Assembly: GCA_030390025.1 (NCBI GenBank)
Contig: JASTWF010000033.1
Location: 5,892,001-5,956,000 of the forward strand
Direction of reading: 5' to 3'
Source of the DNA: Squalus acanthias
Taxonomy: Eukaryota
DNA length: 64,000 nt
Part shown: positions 1 to 10,900 of the stretch, in pieces
How the letters are laid out: the number at the start of each line of letters is the position of its first letter
Position numbering within the stretch: the stretch's first letter is position 1
Program-made: the position numbers and the translations under genes
The notes under the pieces: generated by a model
What the model was told of the DNA's origin: nothing
The model's database searches: none
What the model saw: the letters and a program-made list of their open reading frames with translations, nothing else

Positions 1-181
1 CCCCAGGGGATTTCTGCACTACCTTCCTGCCCTTGCTCTGCCTTTTGGTCACCCATGTACTATCTACGCTGGCCTTAACCTGCGGTGTGACCAACTCACT
101 AAATGTGTTATCCACAACCCTCTCAGAATCGTGGATGCTCCAAAGTGAGTCCATCCGCAGCTCAAGAGCCACCACCCTCCT
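1..181 (-). mobile_element. CR1-type LINE ORF1 fragment (continues beyond the window start)
   Basis: Minus-strand translation of 178->2 is open: RVVALELRMDSLWSIHDSERVVDNTFSELVTPQVKASVDSTWVTKRQSKGRKVVQKSPG. This resembles the segment following the zinc finger in CR1 ORF1 proteins, as recalled and not searched. Confidence 0.75.
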
Positions 182-228
182 TAAATGCTGTTCACCTGGG
201 AGCTTCCCACCTGGTCCGCTTCCGGTCT

Positions 229-619
229 CGTCTCTCCGGACACTGGCCTCTGCAAAAAAAAGCCCGCGAAAGTGAGTTTAAATACTCACTGTGCTGCTGC
301 TCTCTCCGCTCCCGACACTGGCCTCTGCAAAAAAAAGCCCGCGAAAGTGAGTTTAAATACTCACTGTGCTGCTGCTCTCTCCGCTCCCGACACTGGCCTC
401 TGCAAAAAAAGCCCGCGAAAGTGAGTTTAACTACTCACTGTGCTGCTGCTCTCTCCGCTCCCGACACTGGCCTCTGCAAAAAAAGCCCGCGAAAGTGAGT
501 TTAAATACTCACTGTGCTGCTGCTCTCTCCGCTCCCGACACTGGCCTCTGCAAAAAAAGCCCGCGAAAGTGAGTTTAAATACTCACTGTGCTGCTGCTCT
601 CTCCGCTCCCGACACTGGC
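229..619. repeat. 74/75-bp tandem repeat, 5 full units, possibly CR1 5' UTR monomers
   Basis: CACTGG starts at 241, 316, 391, 465, 539 and 613. Units differ almost only in an A7/A8 run. Each contains the inverted repeat AGTGAGT-N6-ACTCACT. Confidence 0.95.
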
Positions 620-670
620 ATATGTTAGGGGGAATTAACTACGTGGGGTTACGGGGGTAGGGTGGGATAT
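620..670 (+). mobile_element. Possible HE1-like SINE fragment
   Basis: GTTAGGGGGAATTA..GTGGGGTTACGGGGGTAGGGTGGGAT resembles the 3' body of elasmobranch HE1 SINEs from memory. It is short and unverified. Confidence 0.3.
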
Positions 671-685
671 GTGTACTGTGGGGAT

Positions 686-800
686 TAAAGCAGGGACAGG
701 GTACTGGATTTGGATGATCAGCCATGATCGTATTGAATGGCGGAGCAGGCTCGACGGGCCGAATGGCCTACTCCTGCTCCTAGATTCTATGTTTCTATGT
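686..800 (+). mobile_element. CR1/HER1 LINE 3' end (heavily 5'-truncated)
   Basis: AAAGCAGGGACAGGGTACTG..GATCAGCCATGATCGTATTGAATGGCGGAGCAGGCTCGACGGGCCGAATGGCCTACTCCTGCTCC..TTCTATGTTTCTATG is homologous to the LINE end at 44582-44708. Confidence 0.9.
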
Positions 801-876
801 ACTTGTCGTGTAATGTGGGGTGTCCCTTCGCTTATTTCGTGAGGCATACGATTCCCAGCAGTAATCCCACCTTCAT
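801..876 (-). pseudogene. Putative env N-terminus (signal peptide), truncated
   Basis: Acceptor-like TTCTGCTTAATTTACAG|G (CAG at 891-889) followed by CACCATG at 876. Translation MKVGLLLGIVCLTK*AKGHPTLHDK lies just downstream of integrase and is cut off by the CR1 tail at 800. Confidence 0.5.
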
Positions 877-959
877 GGTGAAGTTTCCCTGTAAATTAAG
901 CAGAAGCCTGGTCGTCAGCAGAGGTTAGTTTATCTCTGGTGTTTATTCCATTGATCCTG

Positions 960-1745
960 TGGGATTTAAGGTCAGATGGGTTATTGCTGTATCGTTTATA
1001 ATTGAGTCCAATGTTTCCATCTCTCTTTACCCTCATATCTATACATGCACACATGTCGCTGGTCATGATAACCTCAAATGGTCCAGTCCATCTTTGTGAG
1101 AATCCCGATCTCTCTGGCAATATTTTAACAAATACCTGCTCGCCCACCTTGGGTAGGGGCTCCGAGGCCCCCTGCTTTTGATATTTTTATCTCTGATGTC
1201 TTGTTCTTTAACTTCTTGTTTGAGCTCCTTCAATTGATTATCCAATGTTTGTACGCATTTCCTAATTTTATCTTTTAAGGGTCCTAGTCCCTCACTGCCA
1301 GATGCTACTCCTTCCGGCAGACGCATGGCTCGTCCAGTCATGAGTTCATATGGTGTCAGTCCGGTCACCCTGTTTGGGGTGGCTCTCAGTCTCATCAGGG
1401 TACACGGAAGGACATCCACCCATCCCTGTCCGGTTTCGGCTATGGCCTTGCTTAAGGCTGTTTTCAGGTTCTGTTCATTCGCTCTACCATGCCTGAGCTT
1501 TGCGGATGATAGGGTATATAGAACTTCTGTCTTACTCCTAGTAACTTACAAGTTTCTTTCATTACCTTTCCCGTAAAGTGGGTACCTTGATCTGAATCTA
1601 TTTACAACGGGACCCCACATCTCGGTATCACGGTCGTATGCAAATATTCGGGCCACAGTCTGAGCACTACAGTCTTTGGTGGGGAATGCTTCCACCCACC
1701 TTGTAAACTGGTCTATGATCACTAAACAGTATTTCTTCCCTCTAC
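960..1745 (-). pseudogene. pol: Retroviral integrase pseudogene (core and C-terminus)
   Basis: Reconstructed across frameshifts and a stop: GKKYCLVIIDQFTRWVEAFPTKD..IDSDQGTHFTGKVM..YHPQSSGMVERMNRT..WVDVLPCTLMRLRATPNRVTGLTPYELMTGR..RWTGPFEV. Confidence 0.9.
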
Positions 1746-1752
1746 TGTTATT

Positions 1753-2431
1753 CTACCAACTGCTATTGGTGTAGGCATCTCTGTGTCCTGCCGCTGCTCT
1801 TGCTGCCTGATCAGCTAACATATTTCCTTTTTGTTGCTCGCTCACTATCTTGCAGTGTGCCTTTATTTTAATCACTGCTACCTCGTCTGCTCCTTTTACC
1901 GCTTCTACTCGGTGTCTCACTACTTCCTCCTGCTGTATTTCTCCTCCTCTGGAGGTTACATATCCTCTCCTATTCATATAACCATGTACTACCCCAAACA
2001 CATATCTACTGTCTCTGTATATATTTACTCGTTTTCCTTGTGCCAATGTCAATGCTTCCGTGAGAGCCACTAGTTCTGCTACCTGCGCTGAGGTTCATCC
2101 TTCAAGCCCTCCCTTTGCGACTGCCTCTCCGTTCTCGGATAATATGCCCAACCGGTGTGTGGCTCCCCATTTATACATCGGCGAGATCGTCTACATAAAA
2201 GGTGTTTTCGTGATTTTCAAGGGGCGATTCTGATATGGTTCCTCTGAAATCTTCTTTGATTACTAACTGACACTCGTGTGCCTCACCCTCTGATAGCATT
2301 CCCTCTGCGGGGTTGACTCTATGTTCCCTTATAATCTGGACTCCTCTGTCCTTGGGTATCAATACTGCTTCCCAAGCCACCCTCCTTCTCTCTGATACAG
2401 CCTTCATTTTGCCTGTGTTTAGCAGGTACAC
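1753..2431 (-). pseudogene. pol: Retroviral pol tether and RNase H pseudogene
   Basis: HEC..SESPLENHENTFYVDD, then TSAQVAELVALTEALTLAQGKRVNIYRDSRYVFGVVH..KIKAH..GNMLADQAAR. These match the SAQxAELxAL/NIYTDSRY motifs of gamma/epsilon-type RNase H. Confidence 0.9.
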
Positions 2432-3008
2432 ACAAATTTACACCAACCAGAATTTCACCGTGGCCACAATAAAAGTTTGGTTTTAATAGGTTAATTAACC
2501 TCAATAACTCCAATCCAATCCAGATCATTTTTTTATAAACTAACCAATATCACTTGAAAAAGAAAGCAAACATAGCTTCATTTTCTTCCAGGCACCTTGG
2601 CAACTGTGACTTCAAGGCTGAAGCTTATCTTTTGTAAAACAATTAAAAAACTTAAGACAACACACGCTTGTCCACCATTCAAGACAAGTCTTCAAAGGGT
2701 TAAACAGCTTTTAGCTCACTGTACAAAAGAGTGGGTGGAGCTAAAACAAACACAACAGATATTTTCTTTCAAAGACAGAAAACTTCCACACTTTTAACAC
2801 ACACTTTCACGCAAACTGAGATTCCAGCATTCCTTTTAAGATTCCTTTCACTCAGCAAATCCTGGATTTTACTTGTTTTGGACAGAAACTGATAGCATCT
2901 GTGTCGATAAAACTTTAATATTTACCTTATAGCCTTTCTTAAATTACTGGTACACGGGTACAATTTTGGCACCCGTTTTTGGTCCAAATTCGAGTACGCC
3001 TACTCAAC

Positions 3009-3212
3009 TCATAATATTCGCGAGCCAGTAAAATGATGGCCTTTTCTTCCTTCTAATTTTGTTTCTTTAGCCCACCATTCTCTTTGTTTGGCCAGTGGAT
3101 CATTCAGTTGCCAATCGTTTTTAACCATTTTGTCAATTAATCTTTTATTTTTGTCCGCTAAATAGCGTGTCAGAGACCCCATCGGTCCCCACTCGTGTTT
3201 TTCGCTTCCCAT
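3009..3212 (-). pseudogene. Putative gag (matrix) N-terminal fragment
   Basis: ATG in ACCATGG context with an MG start (MGSEKH..), positioned between the leader and pol. Assignment is by position and start context only. Confidence 0.45.
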
Positions 3213-3785
3213 GGTTAATTGTTGTCAGTGGTACGTCCCTTACTTTACTCTCGCAGATTGAGACGGTACTTGCAACCGCAGCTATCAGAGGATACCTCCC
3301 TTACTTACTCTCGCAGAGTGAGACCATACTAGCAACAATTTTGTTCGGGTAATTTGTTGTCAGAGGTATTCTTAGCACTACTAGCAAGTCGAGTTGTCAG
3401 GCTTTAGACTTTTATTCCAAAGTTAACGCTCTACTTGTAACTCATACCACGCGCATTTCACCTGAACCCCAAGACGGCTTGACTTATCGATTCAAACCTT
3501 TTAGTTCTTTGATTCCAAAGCGGGCAGTGGACACGAGACGGTGTTGCCTTGCCCTGACTGTACGTGGTATTTAACAGTACTCACGTTTTTGGCTCAGCTT
3601 CACACGCCCGTGCCTCCCGTCCGTGTGAATATCATGATCGTGATGCCAATCGTTTTGGAGTATTTTAAACCAACACTCGACACAAGGTTTTTAGATCGAT
3701 AATCAAGTCATCTGTCTTACACCAGTGGAGAAACAGTCTGCTCTATCTTAGCCAGATTTCTCCAAATTGTTACTGCAAACACTAC

Positions 3786-4503
3786 GGGCCAAAAAATCGG
3801 CCCTTGCCGGGTGAGTACGCACTGTGTACTCACCCGTAAGGCGTCCTGAAGTGCCGGTTTCTTGCATGGGAAACCGGAACTTCCGGTCTGGTGAAGGCAG
3901 CGGTTCAAAGGCGAACCGAGTGCGCAGTAGAGGCTGTGCGAACGAAGCAAACTTAGGTTCTTTTTCAGGTTTCTCCGGGAGGGTAAGTATTGAAGAACCT
4001 GCGCTTTTAAAAAGGGGGCGCAGGACCCGTTTTCAAAAAGGTAATTGGTTAATTAATTATAATTTAATTTTTTTTTCAATAGGCTTATCTTTTTTAGATA
4101 CATTTAAGAAAGGTAAGTTTATTTTTAGCACTGTTAAAAAGTAATTTAACATTTTTTTAATTTAAATTTTTGTTTAAAGTAGTTAATTTATTTAACTTAT
4201 AGTTATTTTATAAATGTGATGTTGTTTTTTAATTTATTTGAAGTTTAGCTGTTCTTTTGGGGCCGATTTCAATTCATAGATTTGAGAGATGGTCTGCTGC
4301 CATTGGCTCTCCATGGCCCACGTGATCCCAGGGGATGCATCGTACTAACTGCGCCCTGAGACACGCAAGCACTGCGCGCCGGCACTAGGAGCAGGCCGGG
4401 AGCTGAAGTTCCCGTGGGCGCAGAGGTCAACTTCAGGCGTGGTAGGTAAGTGCGCGCGCGATCCTTACCCCCGCGGCAAGCCGGAGAGGCGAATTTCAGG
4501 GCC
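3786..4503. mobile_element. Non-autonomous DNA transposon (MITE), PIF/Harbinger-like
   Basis: Flanked by TAC at 3783-3785 and 4504-4506. Imperfect TIRs GGGCCAAAAAATCGGC vs GGCCCTGAAATTCGCC (11/16). GC-rich arms around an AT-rich core (~4040-4260). No transposase. Confidence 0.6.
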
Positions 4504-5046
4504 TACATTTTTATACATTAAAATAAGCATGTCCGGCTCATGCTAATTTCATTCCTGCAACCTGATTGGATCTTGGCCCGAATGCATTTTCACGGATTGG
4601 CTACAAATCTTAATGTAAACATGTGCAAGCTGCCTCCTCAATCACTCACTCAATCTACTGAATGCTGATTAAAAGATACCTTGGGATGTGACCTAGGTAA
4701 TAAAGTTCTTAGGGGCAGTTGGAATGCTGGACATCCTGTCTCCATTTAATAGTTGTATTTCTTCTTCAAAGGTCAGCTATCTTGACTGCATCTTTATAGA
4801 TGTGGCTCTTCATGTTAGCACCTGCCTTTCTTTCACTATTCAGTGAAACTGCCAGCGATGTCAGTTTAACTCTTTCCCCACTACACTGTGTATGACTCCA
4901 GCCAGTGCAGAGTTTCCCACTGATACCCATTGACTTCAGGTTTACTGGAGTAGACCAGGTTGGCATCTCGTTTTCAGGAACACATCGTTCTGCTTCTGGA
5001 ATGCTCCTCTTCATTCCTCATTCAACCAGTGTTGGTTGCCTGAAAA

Positions 5047-6064
5047 CTGACAATCCAAACAGAATTACCTGGGCACTGACTCCTCACAAACAAAATTATT
5101 ACCCAGGCAATGACCATTTCAATAACAGAATCATTACCTGGACACTAATCTCTTCTCCATACAATCATTACATGTGGACTGAACCCCTCCCAAACAAAAT
5201 CATTACCTGGGCACTGACCCCTCCCAAACTCAAATATTACCTGCGCACTGACTGCTTCCAGACAGAATCATTACATGGGCAGTGACCACCTCCCAGAACA
5301 GAATCATTAACTGTGCACTGACACCGCCCAAACAGAACCATTAGCTCGACACTGACCCCTACCAAACAGGATCATTACCTGGGCACTGACTCATCCCAAA
5401 CAGAAATATTCCCTGTGAACTGACTCATCCCAAAGAGAATAATTACCTCGACACTGACCCCTACCAAACAGAATCATTACCAGGACACGGACTCATCCCA
5501 AACAGAATCATAACCTGGGCACTGACTCCTACCAAACAGAATCATTAGCTGGGCACTGACTCATCCCAAACAAAATCATTACCTGGCACTGACCCCTACC
5601 AAACAGAATCATTACCTGGGCACTGACTCATCCCAAACAAAATCATTACTTGGCATTAACTCATCCCAAACAGAATCATTACCTGGCATTAACTCATCCC
5701 AAACAGAATCATTACCTGGGCACTGACTCATCCCAAACAGAATCAAAACCTGGCATTAACTCATCCCAAACAGAATCATTACCTGGCACTGACCCCTCCC
5801 AAACAGAAACATTAATTCGACACTGACCCCTACAAAACAGAATCATTGCCTGGACACTGACCCCTCCCAAACAGAATCATTATCTGGGCACCGACTCATC
5901 CCAAACAGAAACATTACCTGGACACTGACTCTTCCCAAACAGAATCATTACCTGGACACTGATCCCACCCAAACAGAATCATTGCCTGGAAACTGACGCC
6001 TCACAAACTGAATCATTACCTGGGCACTGAAACCTCCCAAACAGAAGCATTACCTGGGCATTGA
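5047..6064. repeat. 33/34-bp minisatellite, about 30 copies
   Basis: Consensus AAACAGAATCATTACCTGGGCACTGACTCATCCC; period 34, e.g. 5701 to 5735. 33-bp variants lack one G. More diverged at the left edge. Confidence 0.95.
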
Positions 6065-7920
6065 CATAGAAATATAGAAGATAGGAGCAGGAATAGGACA
6101 TTCGGCCCCTCGAGCCAGCTCCGCCATTTAATCTGATCATGGCTGACCATTCAAATTCAGTACCCTGTCCCTGCTTTCTCCCCATATCACTTTATCCCTT
6201 TAGCCTTAAGAAATATATCTAACTCCTTCTTGAATATATTTAATGCGTTGGCCTCTACTGCCTTCTGTGGTAGAGAATTCCACAGGTTCACCACTCTCTG
6301 GTTGAAGAACTTCCTCCTCATCTCAGTCTTAAATGGCTTACCCCTTATCCTGAGACTGTGACCCCTGGTTCTGGACTCCCCCACTATCGGGAACATCCTT
6401 CCTGCATCTCGTCTGTCTAGTCCTGTTAGAATTGTATTAATTTCAATGAGATCCTCTCTCATTCTTCTAAAGTCTAGCGAATACAAGCCAATTCGTCCCA
6501 ATCTCTATTCATACGTCATTCCTGCCATCCCAGGTATCAGTCTGGTGAATCTTCGCTGCACTCCCTCCATGGCAAGAACATCCTTCCTCAGATAAGACGA
6601 ACAAAACTGCACACAATACTCAAGGTGTGGTCTCACCAAGGCCCTGTACAACTGCAGCAAGACATCATTGCTCCTGTACTCGAATCCTCTCGCTATGAAG
6701 GCCAACATACAATTTGCCTTCTTAACCGCCTACTGCACCTGCATGCTTACCTTCAAAAACTGGTGCACAAGGACTCCCAGGTATCGTTGCACTTCCCCTT
6801 TTCCCAATCTATTGCCGTTCAGATAATAATCTCCCTTTCTGTTTTTGCTAGCAAAGTGGATAACCTCACATTTATCCACATTATACTGCATCTGCCATGC
6901 ATCTGCCCAATCACCCAACATACCAAATCATACAGGAGTTTATCTGCATCCTCCTCACAAAACACATGCCCTCCCAGCTTTGTGTCGTCTGCAAACTTGG
7001 AGATATTACATCTAGTTCCCTCGTCTAGATCATTAATATCTATTATGAATAACTGGGATCCTAGCACCGATCCCTGTGGTACCCCACTGCCTGCCACTCG
7101 GAAAAAGACCCATTTATTCCAACTTTTTGCTTCCCGTCTGCCAAACTGTTCTCTATCCAATTCAGTACCTTGCCCCCAATCCCATGTGCCTTAACTCTAC
7201 ACGCCAATCTCTTATGCGGGACCTTATCGAAAGCCTTCTGAAAGTCAAATACACCACATCCACTGGATCTCCCTTATCTATTCTATCAGTTACATCCTCA
7301 AAAAATTTCAGTAGATTAGTCAAGCACGATTTACATTTTGTAAATCCATGTTGACTTTGTCCAATCCTGTCACTGTTTTCCAAGTGCTCTGCTATTACAT
7401 CTTTTATAACGGACTCGAGCATTTTCCCCACTACCGATGTCAGGCTTACCGGTCTATAATTTCCCGTTTTCACTCTCCCACCTTTTTTGAGCAGTGGGGT
7501 AACATTAACTACTCTCTAATCCGTGGGAACTTTTCCAGAGTTTTTCGAATTTTGGAAGATGTCCAGCAATGCATCTACTATTTCTAGGGCCACTTCCTTA
7601 AGTAGCTTAGGATGTAGATTATCAGGCTCTGGGGATTTAACGGCCTAAAATTCCGTCAATTTCCCTAACACCATTTCCCTACAAATACTGATTTCATTCA
7701 GTTCCACCCTCTCATTAGACCCTATGTTCTCCGACATCTCTGGGTGGTTATTTGTGCTCTCCTTTGTGAAGACAGAGCCAAAGTATGTATTTCATTGGTC
7801 AGCCATTTCTTTGTTCCCCATCATAAATTCCCCAGGTTCTGACAGCAAGGGACCTACGCTTGACTGCACCAATCTTTTTCTCTTCAGATAATTATAAAAG
7901 TTCTTACAGTCAGTTTTTCT
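6065..7920 (-). mobile_element. Degenerate 5'-truncated CR1 LINE (RT region and 3' UTR)
   Basis: Fragments GNYRPVSLTSVVGK, GVPQGSVLG, KFADDTKLGG, LVRPHLEYC and RTRGHSLRI occur in several frames. There is a 7-bp deletion near 7088 relative to the copy at 42.3 kb. The 3' tail reads CATAGAAATATAGAA on the plus strand at 6065. Confidence 0.95.
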
Positions 7921-10900
7921 GTGTAAATGAACAAGTAACTGTAACTTTATTCCACGGTGTAGAGGATGCCATCTGTAAAATAAAAATTAACTGTTCCTTT
8001 TTTCCCCGCTGTAGAGGATGCCAATTGTAAAATAACAATTATCTGTAACTTTATTCCCTGGTGCAGAGGATACCATGTTTAAATTTACTATTAACTGTAA
8101 CTTTATTTCCTGGTGTAGAGTGTACAATCTGTAAATTAACAATTAACTGTAACTTTATTCCTCGGTGCAGAGGATACCATATGTAAATTAACAATTATCT
8201 GTAAATTTATTCCTTGGTGCAGAGGACACCATGAGTAGAATAACAATTAACTGTAACTTTACTCCCAGGTGTAGAGGATACCATGTGTAAATTAACAATT
8301 ATCTGTAACTTTATTCCCCGTTGTAGAGGATACCATGTGTAAGTTAACAATTATCTGTTACTTTATTCACTGCTGTCGAGGATACCATGTGTAAATTAAC
8401 AAGTAACTGTAACTTTATTCCCCGGTGTAGAGGATACAATATGTAAATTAACAATTAAGTGTAACTTTATCCCCCCGGTGTAGAGGATATCCATATGTAA
8501 ATTAACAATTAACTGTAATTTATTCCCCAGTGTAGAGGATACCATGTGTAAATTAACAATTTTCAGTTACTTTATTCACTGCTGAAGAGGATACTTTCTA
8601 TTAATTAACAAATTTATTACCCGGTGTACAGGATACCATGCGTAAATTTACAATTAACCTTCAATTTATTACCTGGTGTAGAGGATACAATGTGTAAATT
8701 AACAATTAACTGTAACTTTACTCACTACTGTAGAGGATACTTTGTATTAATTAACAGATAACTGTAAATTTATTCCCCGGTGTAGAGGATACAATATGTA
8801 TATTACATTTTAACTGTAACTTTTTTCCCCGGTGTAGAGAATACGATGTGTAAATTAACAATTAACTGTAACTTTATTCACCAGTGTAGAGGACACCATG
8901 TGTAAATTAACATTTAACTGTAACATTATTCCCCGGTGCAGAGGATACCATGTGCAAATTAACAATTAACTGTAACTTTATTCCCTTGTGTGGAGGATAC
9001 CATGTGTTAATTAACAATTTTCAGTTACTTTATTCACTGCTGTAGAGGATACCATATGTAAATTAACATTTAACTGTAACTTTATTCACTGGTGTGGAGG
9101 AAACCATGTGTTAATTAACAGTTAACTGCAACTTTATTCCCCGGTGTAGCGGATACCTAGTGGAAATTAACAATTAACCGTAACTTTATTCCCCGGTGCA
9201 GAGGATACAATGTGTAAATTAACATTTAAATGTAACTTTTTTCCCCGGTGCAGAGGATACCATGTGTAAATTAACAATTAACTGTAACTTTCTTCCCTGC
9301 TGTAGAGGATACCATGTGCTAATTAACAGTTAACTGCAACTTTATTCCCTGGTGCAGAGTATACCATTTGTAAATTAACAACTAACTGTAACTTTATTCC
9401 CCGGTGGAGTGGATACAATGTTTAAATTAACAATTAACTGAAACTTTTTCCCCGGTGTAGAGGATACAGTGTGTAAATTAACAATTAACTGTTACTTTAT
9501 TCCCCGGTGTAGAGGATACCATGTGTAAATTAACAAATAACTGTAACTTTATTCTCCGGTGTAGTGGATACTATGTTTAAATTAACAATTAACTGTAACT
9601 TTATTCCCAAGTGTAGAGGATTCCATGTGTAGATTAACAATTAACTTTAACTTTATTCCCTGGTGTAGCGGATGCCATGTGTAAATGAACACTTAAATGT
9701 AACTTTATTCAATGCTGTAGAGGATACCATGTGTAAATTAACAATTATTTGTTATTTCTTTCCCCGGTGTACAGGATACCATGCGAAAATTAACAAGAAA
9801 CCTTCAATTTATTACCTGGTGTAGAGGATACCATGTGTAAATTAACAATTAACTGTAACTTTACTCACTACTGTAGAGGATACTTTGTATTAATTAACAG
9901 ATAACTGTAAATTTATTCCCCGGTGTAGAGGATACAGTATGTATATTAACATTTAACTGTAACTTTATTCCCCAGTGTAGATGACACCATGTGTAAATTA
10001 ACAATTAACTGTTACTTTATTCCCCGGTGTAGAGGATACCATGCGTAAATGCACAAATAACTGTAACTTTATTCCCTAGTGTAGAAGATACCATGTGTAA
10101 ATTAACAATTATCTGTTACTTTATTCCCCAGTGTAGAGGATACCGTGTGTAAATTAACAATTACCTGTAACTTTATTCACTGCTGTGGAGGATAGCATGT
10201 GTAAATTAACAACTATCTGTTACTTTATTCCCCAGTGTAGAGGATACCGCATGTAAATTAACAATTACCTGTAACTTTATTCACTGCTGTGGAGGATAGC
10301 ATGTGTAAAAGAACAATTAACTGTAACTTGATTAACTGTTGTAGGGGATACCATGTGTAAATTAGCAATTATCTGTTACTTTATTCCCCGGTGTAGAGGA
10401 TACCGTGTGTAAATTAACAATTAACGGTAACTTTATTCACTGCTGTGGAGGATAGCATGTGTAAAAGAACAATTAACTGTAACTTGATTAACTGCTGTAG
10501 GGGATACAATGTGTAAATTAGCAATTAACTGTAACTTCATTCACTGGTGCAGAGGATAGCATGTATAAATGAACAATTAACTGTAACTTTATTTACCGGT
10601 GTAGAGAATACCATGTGTAAATTAAAATTTAACAGTAACTTTTGTTCCTTGTGTGGAGGATACCATGTGTAAATTAACAACTTACTGTAACTTAATTCCC
10701 CGGTGTAGTGGATACAATGTTTAAATTAACAATTAACTGTAACTTTTTCCCCGTTGTAGAGGATACCATGTGTAAATTAACAAATAACTGTATCTTTATT
10801 TCCCTGTGCAGAGGATACCATATGTAAATTAACAATTAACTGTAATTTTATTCCCTGGTGTAGAGCATACAATGTGAAAATTAACAATTAACTGTAACTT

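Larger units (their letters stand above)
801..3782 (-). mobile_element. Defective class I (gamma/epsilon-like) endogenous retrovirus, internal region
   Basis: Order on the minus strand: candidate LTR end and PBS (3770-3747), leader, gag-like start (3212), pol tether/RNase H/integrase (2431-~960), env-like start (876). Contains stops, frameshifts and large deletions. Confidence 0.85.

Noticed and set aside
33..628. Overlapping plus-strand ORFs with repeated peptides
   Set aside because: They are products of the 74/75-bp repeat and the antisense of CR1 ORF1.
4507..4600. Two CCAAT boxes and TATAAAAA on the minus strand as the ERV LTR promoter
   Set aside because: With the MITE removed, the TATA would be only ~20 bp from the candidate LTR end, leaving no room for R/U5. 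No second LTR is available to confirm.
4766..5285. 82-aa and 126-aa ORFs as host exons
   Set aside because: No recognisable domain, and the longer one runs into the minisatellite.
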